Part shown: positions 30,060-44,469 of the stretch, piece after piece
How positions within the stretch are numbered: position 1 is the stretch's first letter
How the letters are laid out: each line of letters begins with the position of its first letter
From: the human T2T-CHM13v2.0 reference genome, Homo sapiens
DNA: 64,000 nt
Direction: 5' to 3' (one strand)
Assembly (NCBI RefSeq): GCF_009914755.1
Contig: NC_060939.1
Translations under genes and position numbers: made by a program
Notes under the pieces: generated by a model
What the model saw: only the letters and a program-made list of their open reading frames with translations
Database searches by the model: none
Told to the model about the DNA's origin: nothing

Positions 30060-32685
30060 AGAATTCAGCAAGCCTTTTTTGTAAAGGCTTTTTTATGGGT
30101 CAAGAGGTGTGATAGTGGCTAGGTGTGGTGACTCACACCTATAATCCCACACTTTGGGAGGCCAAGATGGGAGGATCACTTGAGGCCAGGAGTTCAAGAC
30201 CAGCCTGGGCAACAAAGTGAGACCCCCCCAATCTCTACAAAACATAGAAACAATTGCATGTGCCTGTAGTCCCAGCTACTCAGGAGGCTGAGGTGAGAAG
30301 GATCACTTAAGCCCAAGAGTTCAAGGCTGCAGCGAGCTATGACCGCACCACTGGACTGAAGTCTCAGTGACAGACAGAGACCTTGTCTCTTAATAAAAAG
30401 TTGTGATAGTAAATATTTTGGACTCTGTGGGCCAACAGGCAAAATTGAAGATACTGTACAGATTTTTATGTAACAAGAGGGAAAACAAATTTCCACAAAT
30501 TTTTAATTGATGAAAATCAAAATATAATAAAAATTGAGTACAAATTTTTGTTATAGTTGTCTACTAGTGAGAAGAACTGAACTTTTTTTTTTAATGGCAG
30601 GGATAATATTTTTGCTAAATTGGGATTCATAGTTAGTGTTCCCTATCATAAAAATCATTTGCAACTGTTTATATGTTAATGCTAATTTGTGATGAGCTTT
30701 TATGTATTTCATCATTAAAAATATCTTTTTATACACAGTAACTACTATAAAATACTAATATTGAGCCACTCATGTGACTTTTATTGAACATACTCATCAT
30801 TTGGAAGGCATTTACAGAATCTCATTTTAGCATGTCATTACATTGCAGGTTAATCACTTTCTAGTTAAACGGTTAGGTGGAAGCTCCTCAATTTCACCGT
30901 TAAATTAATTTCAAAATATGGAAATTCCCTTTGCACTTGCATCAAAGTCCCAAAAACTCTACTGGAAAGGCAGTTTGAGCTTGGAAAATATATCTACTGC
31001 AAATGGTATAGTATTGAAGATCTTGTTTCTTGTTTCAATTTTTGCTAGCATGGGAAGTATATAAAGCTACTTGTCATTTTTTATGATTTAAAAATTAATT
31101 GTCAAAATGTCTTTAATTCAGTATAAGTTTCACATCCTAAGCATTGTTTTGCTTTGTAATTTTGGGTTGAATTTATTAAACAACTATCAAGTTTGCTGCA
31201 AAAGGTAATTTCTAAAGCCATTCAGTGTTTGATATACTGGTTGAGGTGGTTCTTATTGTTCAGAAAAATTGCAATCTCAGCCCTGAGCTCAAAAATCACA
31301 GTAAAACTTTACCACTGCTAAGCCATAAAACTACTGTTTGATGGGGAAAATCTAAGTATTCAACTTATACTTCAGACAAAAATTCTTGGAAGTAATGAAG
31401 TCCACAAGAGCAAATGAAGTTCATTGTTGTTCTACCGGTTCAATATCACATGATAGATTCAAATATTTTCCTCAAAATACCTACGGATGAGTAATACAAT
31501 GAAAAACCAAGGCTTTAATCAACTTACACTTTCACAACCTTTATAAATTTGTCAACCAAAGCCTTTGCCTGCTCCAGATGTTTTTACCACCATCCATTAT
31601 AACACATCTTAGTAGATTCCACTTCAGATTTTACTGAATTAATGTTTTCCCAACTTCTGTGAAAATAAATCTCACCTGTAGTTTCTCTATATAAAGAGTC
31701 TAATACTTATTTCACCTCAAATTTGGCATTGTCTTTAGGAATAAACAAATGATCAGCAGCAATATGATCTGTGGACTCATCCAGTCAAGGAAAACAACTT
31801 GAAATCATTTGCCCTTATTCTTTAGTTTGTTACTGATGTTTCTTCTCTTCAAGTAACTGTTCTCACCATAAGCCTAATAGTCATAAATAATTTTCTCTAG
31901 ACACATTTTTTTCTCTCTTGCAATCAAACAATCTAATTAACCTACCAGTGGTAAATGGCTTTCTTCATGTGACTAACAAACGAGCCACTTGGAAACTCAC
32001 TTTGGTTACAGTCTCCTTCACTGTTTCTTTGTAAATAAGTTATGTTATAATAAAATATTGTTTTAAATTTTTTAATTTTTCTGACCATTGTATTCCTGAG
32101 AGTTGGGAATATCATGATAAGTGTTTAGTCCAGCAAGCAGATGTATACTACATTCTTATAGCACAACTCTAATGTTATTCCATGATAAATACAACACTTT
32201 GCCATCTAATTTGACAGCAAAATAATCCACACTTCACTGCGTCTTTAAAACATGACATTTAGAGTCTACTATTCCCTTCCTTTGTTTTGACATGATTGGT
32301 AAGACTAGTAACAAAAAAAAATATTGTGGTATGGTGGTACACTTGGAATTCTATCCCGTTATACCTACATTACTGTGACTTATAGTGCACTCAGCAGCAG
32401 TGTGAATTAATAAGAGTGACACATATGATTTCTGTTGCAACTACTCAACTCTACCATTGTAGTGTAAAAGCAGCCATAGGCAATATGTGAGCAAATGAGC
32501 ATAGTTGTATGCTAATACATTTGCATTCATCACTGAAATTTAAATTTTATGTAATTTTCAGGTGTCATAAGATATACTGTTTTTTCTGAACCATTAAAAA
32601 ATGTAAAAACTCCTCTTAGCTTGCAGGCTGTACAAAAACAGGCAGCATATAGATTTGGTCCATGGGCCACAGTTTCCCAGCTCCT
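30060..32685 (-). mobile_element. hAT-Charlie DNA transposon (Cheshire-like) with decayed transposase
   Basis: MER58-type termini. Minus-strand ATG at 32293 gives MSKQRKGIVDSKCHVLKTQ*SVDYFAVKLDGKVL, resembling the Charlie/GTF2IRD2-type N-terminus. Confidence 0.75.
30117..30399 (+). mobile_element. AluJ SINE inside the hAT element
   Basis: TSD tgtgatagt. Confidence 0.9.
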
Positions 32686-33684
32686 AAAAATGCTAATCGT
32701 CCAGAATAGTATTTATCAAAATTTGTTTTGAGGAGCTCTACTCTTGAGAAATCTTTCTCAAAAATAAAAAGTCAAATAACCTTATAGGAAGCCATATACT
32801 ATACATCCCACTTGTAGATTCATGCTGAGAAATTCTGAAATACAGAAACTCACCTATTGTTGCCTAATCCAGATGTAGTGATATTTATTTATTTTCCAGG
32901 TAATTCTTATTTACACAGAATTTCTGTTTGCATGCCTTAGAACCAAGGTGTGGTACATACTTCAAGAAGAGTTGATATGGTCCAGTAATACTTACTTGAC
33001 ACATTAGTGAAGTGAAGTAACAAAGTTCTGAGAATAAAAAAGTTTTTATTTTTCTAGAAAAGCACTGCCCATAAATTGGCTTTAATAATAATAACCAAAA
33101 CCAAGTTTTAAACCCATGCTGCTTCATCTTCCTCATCCTGAAAACATTTTTGGCATTTAGGATAAGATAGTGTGTTTAACTACTACAGGAGTTTAATTGT
33201 TGGTTGAATCCAGCAATAAATTCATATCTTTTTATTTATTGATGTTGTAATCTGGAAGTAGGTTTAGAAGCCTTGTGTTTAGTCTGAAAATAATGTTTTA
33301 GTGGTAAAGGTTCCCACCATCTATCCTAGGAAAGGACTGATTGTTTTCTGCTAGTGGCATCAGGTAGCCTCGAGAATTAGGTTTTAAATTTATCCTAATG
33401 TATCAATAATAACTTGGCATCAGTAACCATGCTTCTGAAAGCCACAACATTCATCATCAAGCTGCTACTTTCAGCCTATCCTATTGCCTTTCTCAAGTTA
33501 AGTTATTCAATCGGCCCTTCATTGAATGCCTATTATGTGTTAGGATGTTCTAGGTCAATAGCTGTCCTAGTTTTAACCCTTAAAGGCTTAAAATTGGGAA
33601 GCCTGGATCCTAACCACAGCAATTCCTCTTTCTAGACTATAGCAAGAGCACTGGGTTTATTTTTATATAGCTTCACTCTTTCTT

Positions 33685-34160
33685 ACACGCAAAAATTAAA
33701 ACCAGGGTCTTGAAGAGATATTTGTACACTCAAGTTCACAGCAGCATCATTCACAATAGCTAAAATATGGAAACAACCCAAGTGTCCATCAACAGATGAA
33801 TGGATATACAAAACGGAGTATTATTCAGCTTCGAAAAGGAAGTACATTCTGACATATACTACAACATGAATAAACCTTGAGGACATTATGCTAAGTGAAA
33901 TAAGCCAGTCACAAAAAAGACAAATACTACATTATTCCACTTTTATGAGGTATTAGAATAGTCAAAATTAAACAGGTAGAAAATAGAATTGTGATTGCCA
34001 GGGGATAGGGAAAGTGGGCAATGTACAGTAATTACTTAACGGGTATAGAGTCTCACTTTTACTAGATGCAAGAATTCTGGAGATGAACTGTCACAAGAAT
34101 AGACATATAGATAAATGGAATAGAACTGAGAATCCAGAAATAAACCTATAGGTATGGCAG
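33685..34160 (+). mobile_element. L1MA/MB 3' fragments
   Basis: ggaaacaacccaagtgtccatcaacagatgaatgg and ggacattatgctaagtgaaataagccag. Confidence 0.8.
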
Positions 34161-34661
34161 ATTTTTTTCATTTTTTGTTGCTATATATATGTAACATAAA
34201 ATTTACTCTTAACCATTTTCAGTGTACAATTCAGTGGTATTAAGTACATTCATATGTCTATTCTTGTGCCAGCACCACACTGTTTTGATTACTGTAGCTT
34301 TATAGTAAGTTTTGAAATCAAGAAGTGTTTGCCCTCCAACTTTGTTATTCTGTTTTGGCTATTTGGGGCCCCTTACAATTCTATAAAGGTTTGAATATTG
34401 GCTTTTCCATTCCTGAGAAAAGAAAGGCTATTGGAGTTTTGACAGGGATAGCATTGAATCTGTAGACTGCTTTGGGTATTGCCATCTTAACAATAGTAAG
34501 TCTTCTAATCCATGGACTCGGTATGTCTTACCATTTAATTCGTTCCTCTTTAACTTCTGCCAGCAATTTTTTGTAGTTTTCAGTGTCCAGGTCTTTCACC
34601 TCTTGGTTAAATTTATTCCCAGGTATTTTATTCTCAGATCTATTGTAAGTAGATTGTTTGT

Positions 34662-35057
34662 TGTATTAGTCTCTTTTCACGTTGCTATAAAGAACTACCT
34701 GAGAATAGGTAATTTACAAAGAAAAGAGGTTTAATTGACCACAGTTTCACAGGCTGTACAGAAGCTTGGCTAGGGAGGCCTCAGGAAACTTACAATGGTG
34801 GTGGAAGGTGAAGGGGAAGGACGAACATCCTACATGCCTGGAACAGGAAGAAGAGCACAAGCAGATGGAGGTGCTACACACTTTTAAACAATCAGATCTT
34901 GTGAGAACTCTATCATGAGACAGCACTACGGGAATGATGCTAAACCATTAGAAACCATCCCCATGATCCAAACACCTCCCACCAGGCCCCACCTCCAACA
35001 TTTGGCATTACAATTCAACATGAGATTTGGGTGGGCACACAGAGCCAAACCATATCA
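34662..35057. mobile_element. MSTA-like MaLR solo LTR
   Basis: tgtattagtc...ccaaaccatatca. Confidence 0.88.
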
Positions 35058-35269
35058 ATTATTTTCTTGGTTTCCTTTTTGGGTTATTCATTGGTGGTAT
35101 ACAGAAACTCAAATGATTTTTGCACGTTGATCTTGTATCTTACAAATTACGGAATTTATTAGCTCTAGTAGCTTTCTTGTGGATTATTTGGGATTTTCTA
35201 CATATAAGATCATATCATCTGTGAATAGTTTTACTTTTTCCTTTTTAATCTGGATGCCATTTTATCTTT

Positions 35270-35270
35270 C

Positions 35271-35301
<31 letters not shown>

Positions 35302-35318
35302 CATCCATCCATCTATCT
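35270..35318. repeat. (TCTA)n/(TCCA)n tetranucleotide microsatellite
   Basis: Seen directly. Confidence 0.9.
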
Positions 35319-35472
35319 GTTTTGGCTAAAACTTCCAATACAATGTCAAATAGCTGTGGTGAAAGCAGGCATGTTTGTCTTGTTCCTGATCTTGGGGAAA
35401 AGGATTTTAGTCTTGCACCACTGAGTATGATTTCTGCTACGAGTTTTTCATAATTGCCCTTTCTCATGTTGA

Positions 35473-35718
<246 letters not shown>

Positions 35719-38226
35719 AGTTTTCTAAGTTTTTATCATGAAAAAGTGTTGGATTTTGTCAAGTATTTTTTCTGCATCAACTGAGATGATCATGTGGTGT
35801 TTTTACATTCCATTAATATGGTATATTACACTTATTTTCTCATGTCAAAACACCCTTGGATTCCTGGGATAAATCCTATTTGGTCATGGTATATAATCTT
35901 TTAATATGTTGTTGGATTTGGCTCGCTAATATTTTGTTGAGAATTTTTACATCTATATTACTTAGGGATATTGCTCTGTGACTTTCTTTTCTTGTGAGGT
36001 CTTTATCTGATTTTGGTATCAGGGTAACGCTGGCATCAAAAACAAGTTAGTAAGTGTTCTCTTCTATTTTTTGGAAAATTGAGGATTGGTGCTAATTCTT
36101 CTTTAAATGTTTGGTATAATTCACTGATGAAGCCATCTGACCCTGGACTTACCTTCATTGGGAAGTTTTTGGTTAATGTTTCACTCTCTTTACTTGTTAT
36201 ACCTCTATTCAGATTTTCTATTTCTTCTTGAGTCGGTTTTGGTAATTTGTTGCTAGAAATGTGTCCATGCCATCAAGGTTATCTTTTTTTGGGCATACAA
36301 TTGTTTAGAGTATTCTCTTATAATCCTTTTTACTTCTGAAAGGTCAATAGTTGTGTCCCCACTTTCATTTCTGATTTAGGTATTTGTGTCTTCTTATAAT
36401 ACTTGATTAGTAAGTTATTTTTCTTAAACTAGCCAGAGCAACTATTTTTCTTAAGCTAGCCAGAGCAGCTTTTCTGCATCCTAAAAATAAGAAGCCAGAG
36501 TATCATAGAAGGCATTCTTGACTTGCTCTTGGTTTGGTGGAATTATAAAGTTTGCTTCTACCTGAAATTTCTCTACTTAGATTCAATTTCTATGGACAGT
36601 TTTAAACAACATGTTGGCCTGGCAGTGAGAGTGCTTACATGTCAAATTTGTTAGGTTTTGTTTATTTGTTTTATGCATAGTCTCCCTTACTATTGATGTT
36701 AATTATAAAATTATTTTAAGAGTTGCAGTTCCGGGTAAGGTGGAGTAAGCACACTCCACTTTGACTCTCCCACTGAATGCGGCTACAAAACCTGGACAGA
36801 ATGCATATAACAATGTGGAAGGACTGTGAATACAAGATAATAGTATGAAGACTAAAGAACAACGAAATTTGAAGTGGAGTAGACCTAACTGGTAGTGAAT
36901 AGACCCTTTTCACCCCCCTTTAGTATTTCTCAGTGTGGATTTAAGGCAATCTATAATGTGGAGATAGGTATTGGTATAGCTAGAGAAAGCTTCCAGAGAA
37001 GCCTTCTACTCAGGATCAAAGAAGAAGATAGAGATCTCCCGATAGCTACAGGAGCACCAAAATTCTGAGAGGGAGAGGGTTACTTTCCAGAGGTGCTATA
37101 GTCTCAAGAGAGTGAGGTGAACACCATTTCTTTTTAAATTCTAACTTCCCTCCACTTATCCCTGGATATGAGTGCAGACATGAAAAATGTAGGGCAGGAT
37201 GGGGGGTAAATAAAGCCACAGTATTACAGATGGAAGATCAAAAAAGAGGCTTAAGGGACTGGAAGTTACTGGGGAAAATACCTAAAGGGAGGATCTTTGG
37301 AAAATTACCAGATAATGTTGTTTATGAATTTCTGGTATCACTTCTGAGGGATGCATGTGTGGTTCTGATCATAAACCAACATACCAAAGACTGAACTAAA
37401 CTAAGAGATAAACCACATGCCAGGTTTCAGAATGGCCACTGAGCAGCATACATGTGTGACAAATTTGAATAAAACTGAAGGCTTTGAAAATGAAACTGAC
37501 ATTGAAACCACAACCCACAGAAGCTGGTTGGAATTTGCAGCCAGAACCCAATAAGGTCAATTGCCTACTAAAACAAATATATCAACATTCTCCATAGGAT
37601 TTAAATAAACCCAGAGTCCCTTAACATTATATTTGAAATTTCCAGGATACATTCCAAAACTACTTAGTATATGAAGAACTAGGCGAATCTGAGCTCACAT
37701 GAGAAAAAGATGATCAACACACACCAATGCTGATTTGACACAGGTGTTAGAATTATCTGACCAAAATGCTAAAGCAGCTATTATTAGTATAAAGGTGCTC
37801 CAGGAAGTAAGGACATACACTCTTAAAATGAATAAAAAGATATAAAGTCTCAGCAAAGAAACTGAAGACATAAAGAACCAAATGATAATTTGGGAACTGA
37901 AAAAAATATGTAATCACTAAATTTTTTTAAAAAAATCTCACTAGATAGTCTTAATAGCAGAATGGAGATGACAAAAAAATGAGTCAGTGAATTCGAAGAT
38001 AGGTTAATAGAAATTACCTGATCCGAAAATAAAGAAAATATTTCTTAAAAAAGTAAAGAACCTAAGGAGCCTGTGGGACAGTACCAAAGGTCTAATGTTT
38101 GTGTTATCAGAGACTGACAAAGAGGAGAAAGGAATAATGTCTAATATCATTTCACATCCACTAGAATGGCTACTCCCAGAATTCCTGAAATTAACATGTG
38201 TTGGCAAGGATGTGGGAATTGGAACC

Positions 38227-38621
38227 TGTGGATTCATAATTAGGGAAAAGGAGTCAGGCTGGCTGGACACCAAGGCAAAGCAAAAAGAGAAAGCAGATAA
38301 GCTTCAAGTCTGCCTTTCTTCATGGTCCACTACACATTGCCCTCCTGGGTCCAACTATCATCAGACACCTGCAAGTTAGCTCACTGCAACCTTAGCATTA
38401 TCAGTATTGCCTGTAGCACTCTTCAGCATAAGAAGCATTCTTGTTCTTATTTCCTTGTTTCCTTGCAGTCAGCTACTCTTCTGCTGATTCCACCTATAGC
38501 TCCCTGGCAACGTACTTTTATACTTTCTTTAACCAATCTGCCTTTCTTTACCTACAACTATCTTGGTAAATTCTTTTACCTCTGTGCCACCAGCCCAGAC
38601 AGTCATCGCGCACCCAAGACG
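38227..38621 (+). mobile_element. LTR47-like solo LTR (ERVL)
   Basis: 5-bp TSD gaacc; recalled LTR47 motif gcagataagc..caagtctgcctttcttcatggtcca. Confidence 0.7.
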
Positions 38622-39389
38622 GAACCCTTGTAAATTGCTGGTGGGAAGTTAAAATGGTGCAGCCACTATGGGAAGTTTGGCAGCTCCTCAAAATGTTAAA
38701 TATAGAATTACCATATGACTCAATAATTCCACTGCTCAATATATACCCCAAAGAATGGAAAACTGGGGCTCAAACAGATACTTGTACACAAATATTCCTG
38801 GCACCATTATTCCCAATAGCCAACAGGTGGAAACAACTAAAGTGTCCATCAAAAGATGGACAAACAGAATGCACAAAATTTGATATATATGTACGATGGA
38901 ATATCACTCAACCACAAAAAAAGAATGAATTCTGATACATGCTACAACATGAAGTTGAAAAACTTATGCTAAGTGAAATAATTCAGACGTGAAGACAAAC
39001 ACATATTTTATAAGGTATCTAGAATACACAAAGTCATAAAGACAGAAAGGATTAATAGAATTGAAATTACTAGGTACTAGGGGCAGGGGGAATGGGGAGT
39101 TATCGCTCAATGGGTAGAGAGTTTCTGTTTGGGATGATGAAAAATTTCTCAAAATAGTGGTGATGGTTGCATAAAACATTGTTTATATACTAAATGCCAC
39201 TGAATTATACACTAGAAATGTCAAAGTGGTAAATTTTATTTTCTGTATATTTTACCACAATAAAAAGGGGGAGGATAAATAACAGCAAAAAACTCCTCCC
39301 ATATTTTGCAGAAGATATAAACTTACAGATTCAAGAAGTTCAGTGAATCTCAAACAGGAAAAATCCCAAACAAATCCACAACCAAACAC

Positions 39390-39846
39390 TGTGAGAATTG
39401 ATTATATGAATTGGAGTTATCATGCCCAATTAAATTAGAGTCAGGAGACCAGGGGAAGAAAAGAAAAGAAAAGCACTCAGGGCACAAGTGCCTGCCCAGG
39501 GACTGTCTCCTAAGCCAACTGCCAAAATGATCTGCTACAACCTTAAGACTATTTTTACCTAGTAGCTGCTAAGATGAACTGCCATGACTTTAAGCCTAGT
39601 TTTACCTACCCATCATTACTCACCAATCAGAGCTTATGAGCTCCCAAAAACTTTCCTAATGCCAATGAGTTTTCTTACAAAACAATACATAACATTTCTC
39701 TAATAAAACCCCCAACCTTTTCTCTGCTCTTTGAAGATACCAAAGACCACCCTGGTCTGTGTACATGCCCTGAATGGTAATTCCGTTTTTCCAAATAAAA
39801 CATTTTCTTTAGAGTTTCATCTCTATCATTTTATTTGACTTTGATA
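39390..39846 (+). mobile_element. ERV1 (MER4/MER34-group) solo LTR
   Basis: 4-bp TSD acac; CCAAT box and AATAAA; subfamily uncertain. Confidence 0.7.
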
Positions 39847-40805
39847 ACACCATAATCAAATTGCTGAAAACTAAAGACAAAGAAAAAATTTGAAGGTAGC
39901 CAAAGAAAAACAATGCCTTATCATAGAAAAGAACATTGATTCACATGACTACTGATTTATCACCAGAAACCAGAGAGACTCAGATGAAATGGCACATTTT
40001 TTAAAGTGCAGAAACAAACAAAGAAAAAAATCTGTCCACCTAAAATTCTATAGACTATTAAAATTATTTAAGAATTAAGATGAAATAGACATCATTAGAA
40101 AAAGGAAAACTAAGATCATTTGTTGTCATCAGATCTGCTCTAAAATAATTATAAAGAAATGTCTTCAGCCAAAAGGAAATAGTACCTGAAGGAAACTTGG
40201 TATATTATGCATAAAGGATGAGCAACGAAAATGGTGGCTACCTAAGTAACTATAACAGACTATTCTCCTCTTGAGTTCTTTAAAATATATTTGATGGCTG
40301 AAAGCAAAACTCGTAACATTATCTAATGGGCTTTTAATGAATATAAATGTAATATGTATGACAACTATAATGTAAAGCATGGAGGATAAAAGAACATACG
40401 TGGGTGAGGTTTCTACATTCCAGTTGAAGTAAAATATTGATTCCAAGTAAAAAGTGAATATGCAAATTGTGCAGCTACTCTGGAAAGCAGCTTGCTGGTT
40501 TCTTGTAAGTTAAACATACACTTACCATTTGACCCAGCAATCCTACTCCTGGGTATTTACAACAGAAATTAAGACATATGGTCACACAAAAATATGTACA
40601 TGAATGTTTATACCAACTCTATTCATAATCAAACAGGAAACAACCATATGTCCTTTAATGGTGAATGAATAAACATATTATTTATAGAATGGATTACTAC
40701 TCAGTAATAAAAAGGAATGAACTATTGATACATGCAACAACTTGTACAAATCTCATAGACCTTATGCTGAATCAAAGTCTCAAAGTGTTACATAATGTAT
40801 CAGTC

Positions 40806-41343
40806 TGTCAGAGGTGTTCGAACCAGGGTGACTCCGTCTTGAGTGAGGGCTGGGAAACTGAGGCTGGGACTTGCTGGGCTGCATTCCTAGAAACTAATGT
40901 ATTCCTAGCCTCTAGATGTTTACGGTTAAGGTAACAGATGGATAATGTTTACTAAACAGATCCAGACTTGGGAGTGTCCTGATATCCTGCTATCTTGAGA
41001 AGAGAAGCATTCCTAGTTTTGCTTTAATGGTAATATCGATTATTGTAAAATACAGTAATTAAGAAAATTAATCCTTTATCACAAACCCTTGTAGCAGAGC
41101 ACATCTCCCAATGATTTTTTTTATCCTATATATATAGACAAGTATCGTACCTAGGGTGGACGTGTTCCTCCTCTTACTTTCGGGAATGCCCTACTCTGTC
41201 TATGGAGTAGCTGTACTTTAACCACTTTACTTTCTTAATAAACTTGCTTTTGCCTTGCACTGTGGATTCGCCCTGAATTCTTTCTTGAATGAGATCCAAG
41301 AACCCTCCCTTGGGGTCTGGATCGGGATGCCTTTCCTGTAACA
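40806..41343 (+). mobile_element. MER41-family solo LTR
   Basis: tgtcagaggtgttcgaacca...gagatccaagaaccctcccttggggtctggatcggga...gtaaca. Confidence 0.9.
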
Positions 41344-42103
41344 ATTTCATTTATGTGATATTCTCAAAAAGAAAAACTATCAGTGGTTGAAATATAGCAA
41401 AAACTGAAGACCTGAAAAAAGAAATGAATTCAGAGTAGAAGATTTTAACTCACCTTATCCAGTAATTGATAGAACAAGTAGTCAAACAAAATCAGTTAGG
41501 ATATAAAAGTTCTGAATAACAAAATTAAGAAAATTGACCTACCAGATATATGTAGAATATTGTACCCAACAACTGCAGAATATATATTTGTTTCAAGTGC
41601 ACATAAAACATTTACCAAAACTGGCCATATACTCAGCCCTAAAGACAATCTTAATATATGTCAAAGGCTAAAATTATGGAAAGCATATTCTCTGATTTAC
41701 CACTACACACCCATTAGAATGGACAAAATTAAAGAGACTGACCATACCAAGTGTTAGTGACAATTTGGAAACAACTGCAACTCTCATACAATGCTGCTGA
41801 GAATATAACAAAAAGCCCCTTCGGAAAACAGTTTAGCAGTTTCCTAAAGAATTAAAAGCATACTTACCATGCCACCCAGTCATCCTATTCCTATTTACCA
41901 AAGGTAAATCGGAGCTTATGTCCATACACAGACTTGCATGCGATGTTCAAAGCAACTTATAATAGCTAAAAACCAGAAACAGTTTGTATTTGTTTTCTGT
42001 GCTGCATGACAAATTCCTACAAATTTAGTGGCTTAAAATAGGTATTTCATTTAAATTTATTTTTGAATAGATAATTGGGTAACAGTTCAAAATGTGGTGC
42101 ACT

Positions 42104-42418
42104 GGCCGGGCGCCGTGGCTCACGCCTGTAATCCCAACATTTTGGGAGGCCGAGGTGGGCGGATCACCTGAGGTCAGGAGTTCGAGAGAGAGCAGCCTTG
42201 GCAACACAGTAAAACCCCATCTCTACTAAAAATACAAAAATTAGCTGGGCATGGTGGCAGGCTTCTGTTATCCTAGCTACTCGGGAGGCTGAGGCAGCAA
42301 AATCGTTTGAACCCGGGAGGCGGAGGTTGCAGTGAGCCAAGATCACACCGCTGTACTCCAGCCTGGACAACAGAGCAAGACTCCGTCTCAAAAAACAACA
42401 AACAAACAAACAAAAAAT
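42104..42418 (+). mobile_element. AluS SINE
   Basis: Dimeric Alu with (CAAA)n tail. Confidence 0.92.
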
Positions 42419-42549
42419 ACATTGCACTTTAGCTATATTGGGTAGCAGGAAGGAAACTGAGAAATGAAAAACGTCTATTAAGTCTTTCTTTATATATATG
42501 TATGCATCACTTAACTGGTTGTGATTGGTACATATCTAATCCTAGTCAA

Positions 42550-42760
42550 AAGCCCAGGCTTTTGAGAGTCAGACTACCTATTTGGTTACACGTAACTAAT
42601 TTCTTATTCACTGTGTATCTCAACTTTCTTATTTATAAACTAAGATACTAACAGTTTCTACTTCATAAGGCTTTTGGGAAGATTACAGCAAATAATCAAC
42701 GTAAAGTACTTTTAGCTTGGTGCCTGCCATATAGCAAACGGTTAGTAAATGTTAGCTATA
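42550..42760 (+). mobile_element. MIR SINE (degenerate)
   Basis: MIR core-like cttcataagg..ttttgggaagatt...gcttggtgcctgccatatag. Confidence 0.6.
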
Positions 42761-43820
42761 CAAAATATTCACCTTAAACTCATTTTTAGAAAATAAGAAT
42801 AATTCAAAAGGAACTAAGCATCCAAATGAAGCAGCTAGAAAAAGGACAACAAAATAAACTGAGAAAAATGTGTGAAGAGGACAATTTAGGTCAAGAGTGC
42901 TGTAAATTCAACACTGAACTCTCCTCCTTCTCTACAAATGTGAATTATAGATTCAATTAACAAGAAAAAGACAGTTTCATGCATGCCCAGATACAAAATA
43001 AGCATTTATTTGGGTCAGAAACAGAAGGCGGCAACCTAGTAAGGTGGGGCTAAAGCGGCAGCCCTGCAGATGTCTAGGTCCAGGAAGCAGCTAGGGGCCA
43101 CTGGGAGTTTTTACTCCTTTGATGTAACGAAAGCACTATGTATGTGGCATGGAACCATGGTACAGCTGGGGTCTCTGTGTGAAAACAGCTGTGATCACTG
43201 CCTGAGGTTACTGCTTCTGTAAACCTGTATAACTTCATGGTTGGGGGTGGCATAAGAGAAAACTGCACAGAAATCTGAGCAAAGCTACATACTGCTTCAG
43301 ATGCTGAGCCAGCTGCCACTTTGAGACTGGAGTTTCTAGCCACTGAGGCATAATTTTGGAGTAGAGTCCTAGACAACTAGAGGGGAGAAACCACAGAACT
43401 ACTAGACAGGGAAGAGGGAGCACAGAAAGAGGCAAAGGAAAAAAAATACCACTTAAAATGAATCTGCAGATGAAAACGCCAAACCACCCAATAAAAATTA
43501 TTAAGGAGAGACAAGAAAAAAATTCACTGAAAATAACCAAAAATATTTTAAAGTTTTCTTAAATAGGTCTTTAATCTGGAAAGAGAGAGAAAAAAACACT
43601 CTGGAGAAAAACTAATTGAAGGCAGAACCCAGAGAGATGACTTCTTCCTTGAGACGTTTGCTGAGCTGGATGAACCTGAGCATGGGTTTTCACAGCCTTG
43701 TCAACAGAAGATGGAAAATACAGTTTATATCTACGAGTAGAACTTCACACAATGCTGAAATCACAAGGATCTACCCTTTAGTATAAGGGTGAATTAGAAA
43801 TACTTACACATTTCCCCAAC

Positions 43821-44460
43821 TGAGGCAGGAGAATAGGGTCTGGAGGCAGGGAACTGAAGGCCATTTCGTGCTGAATCAAGGAAAAACACCAAGATTTGGG
43901 GGCACGGAATCTGAGGTCAATTTATGCTAACTTTCTAAAAGAGAAAACACCTGGGTCTGGAGGCAGGGAATCTAAGGCCAATTCAGGCCAACTTCCTAAA
44001 GCTAAACCAAAAGGTAAAATTCCATCTCCCTACAACCACCTGAGTAGCAAAGGATCAAAGGCTGCTGTCCCTGCCACCCTCCCCTTCCACCATGTCTCAG
44101 ATGGAAAGGGAGAGTGCCTTGGATTGGCCTTGGGGCCAAGCAGGGACCATCCCTTCATCTGCACAGGGCACCCATTCACCTCAGCCTTTAGCCACAAACC
44201 AAATCCTTCATCCAGATAAGGGGTAACAGTAGGAACCTCAACAGGAGTACTTAAAACCTGGAAAACTTTGTAACGGGGCCCATCGGCCGCTTGTTTGAGC
44301 CCACTCCCACACTGTGGAGTGCTTTCTCTAATAAATTCCTGCTTTTGATACTTAATTCCTGTGTTTCATTCTTTTGTTACTTTGTGGGTTTTGTCTAATT
44401 CTTTGTTCAAAACGCCAAAAACCTGGACAACTTACACTCAAGGCCCTCCTTCTGCTGACA
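43821..44460 (+). mobile_element. MER51/MER61-group solo LTR (ERV1)
   Basis: Starts tgaggcaggagaatagggtctggaggcagggaac; perfect 4-bp TSD caac. Confidence 0.85.
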
Positions 44461-44469
44461 CAACCATTA

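Larger units (their letters stand above)
36720..41700 (+). mobile_element. Old L1 (MC/MD-type) 5' UTR, ORF1 and ORF2 start with multiple nested insertions
   Basis: L1M-type 5' start; ORF1-like segments at 37600-38130 and 39280-40230; EN remnant YPTTAEYIFVSSAHKTFTK. Nested L1 3' fragments at about 38140-39270 and 40450-40800. Confidence 0.65.
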
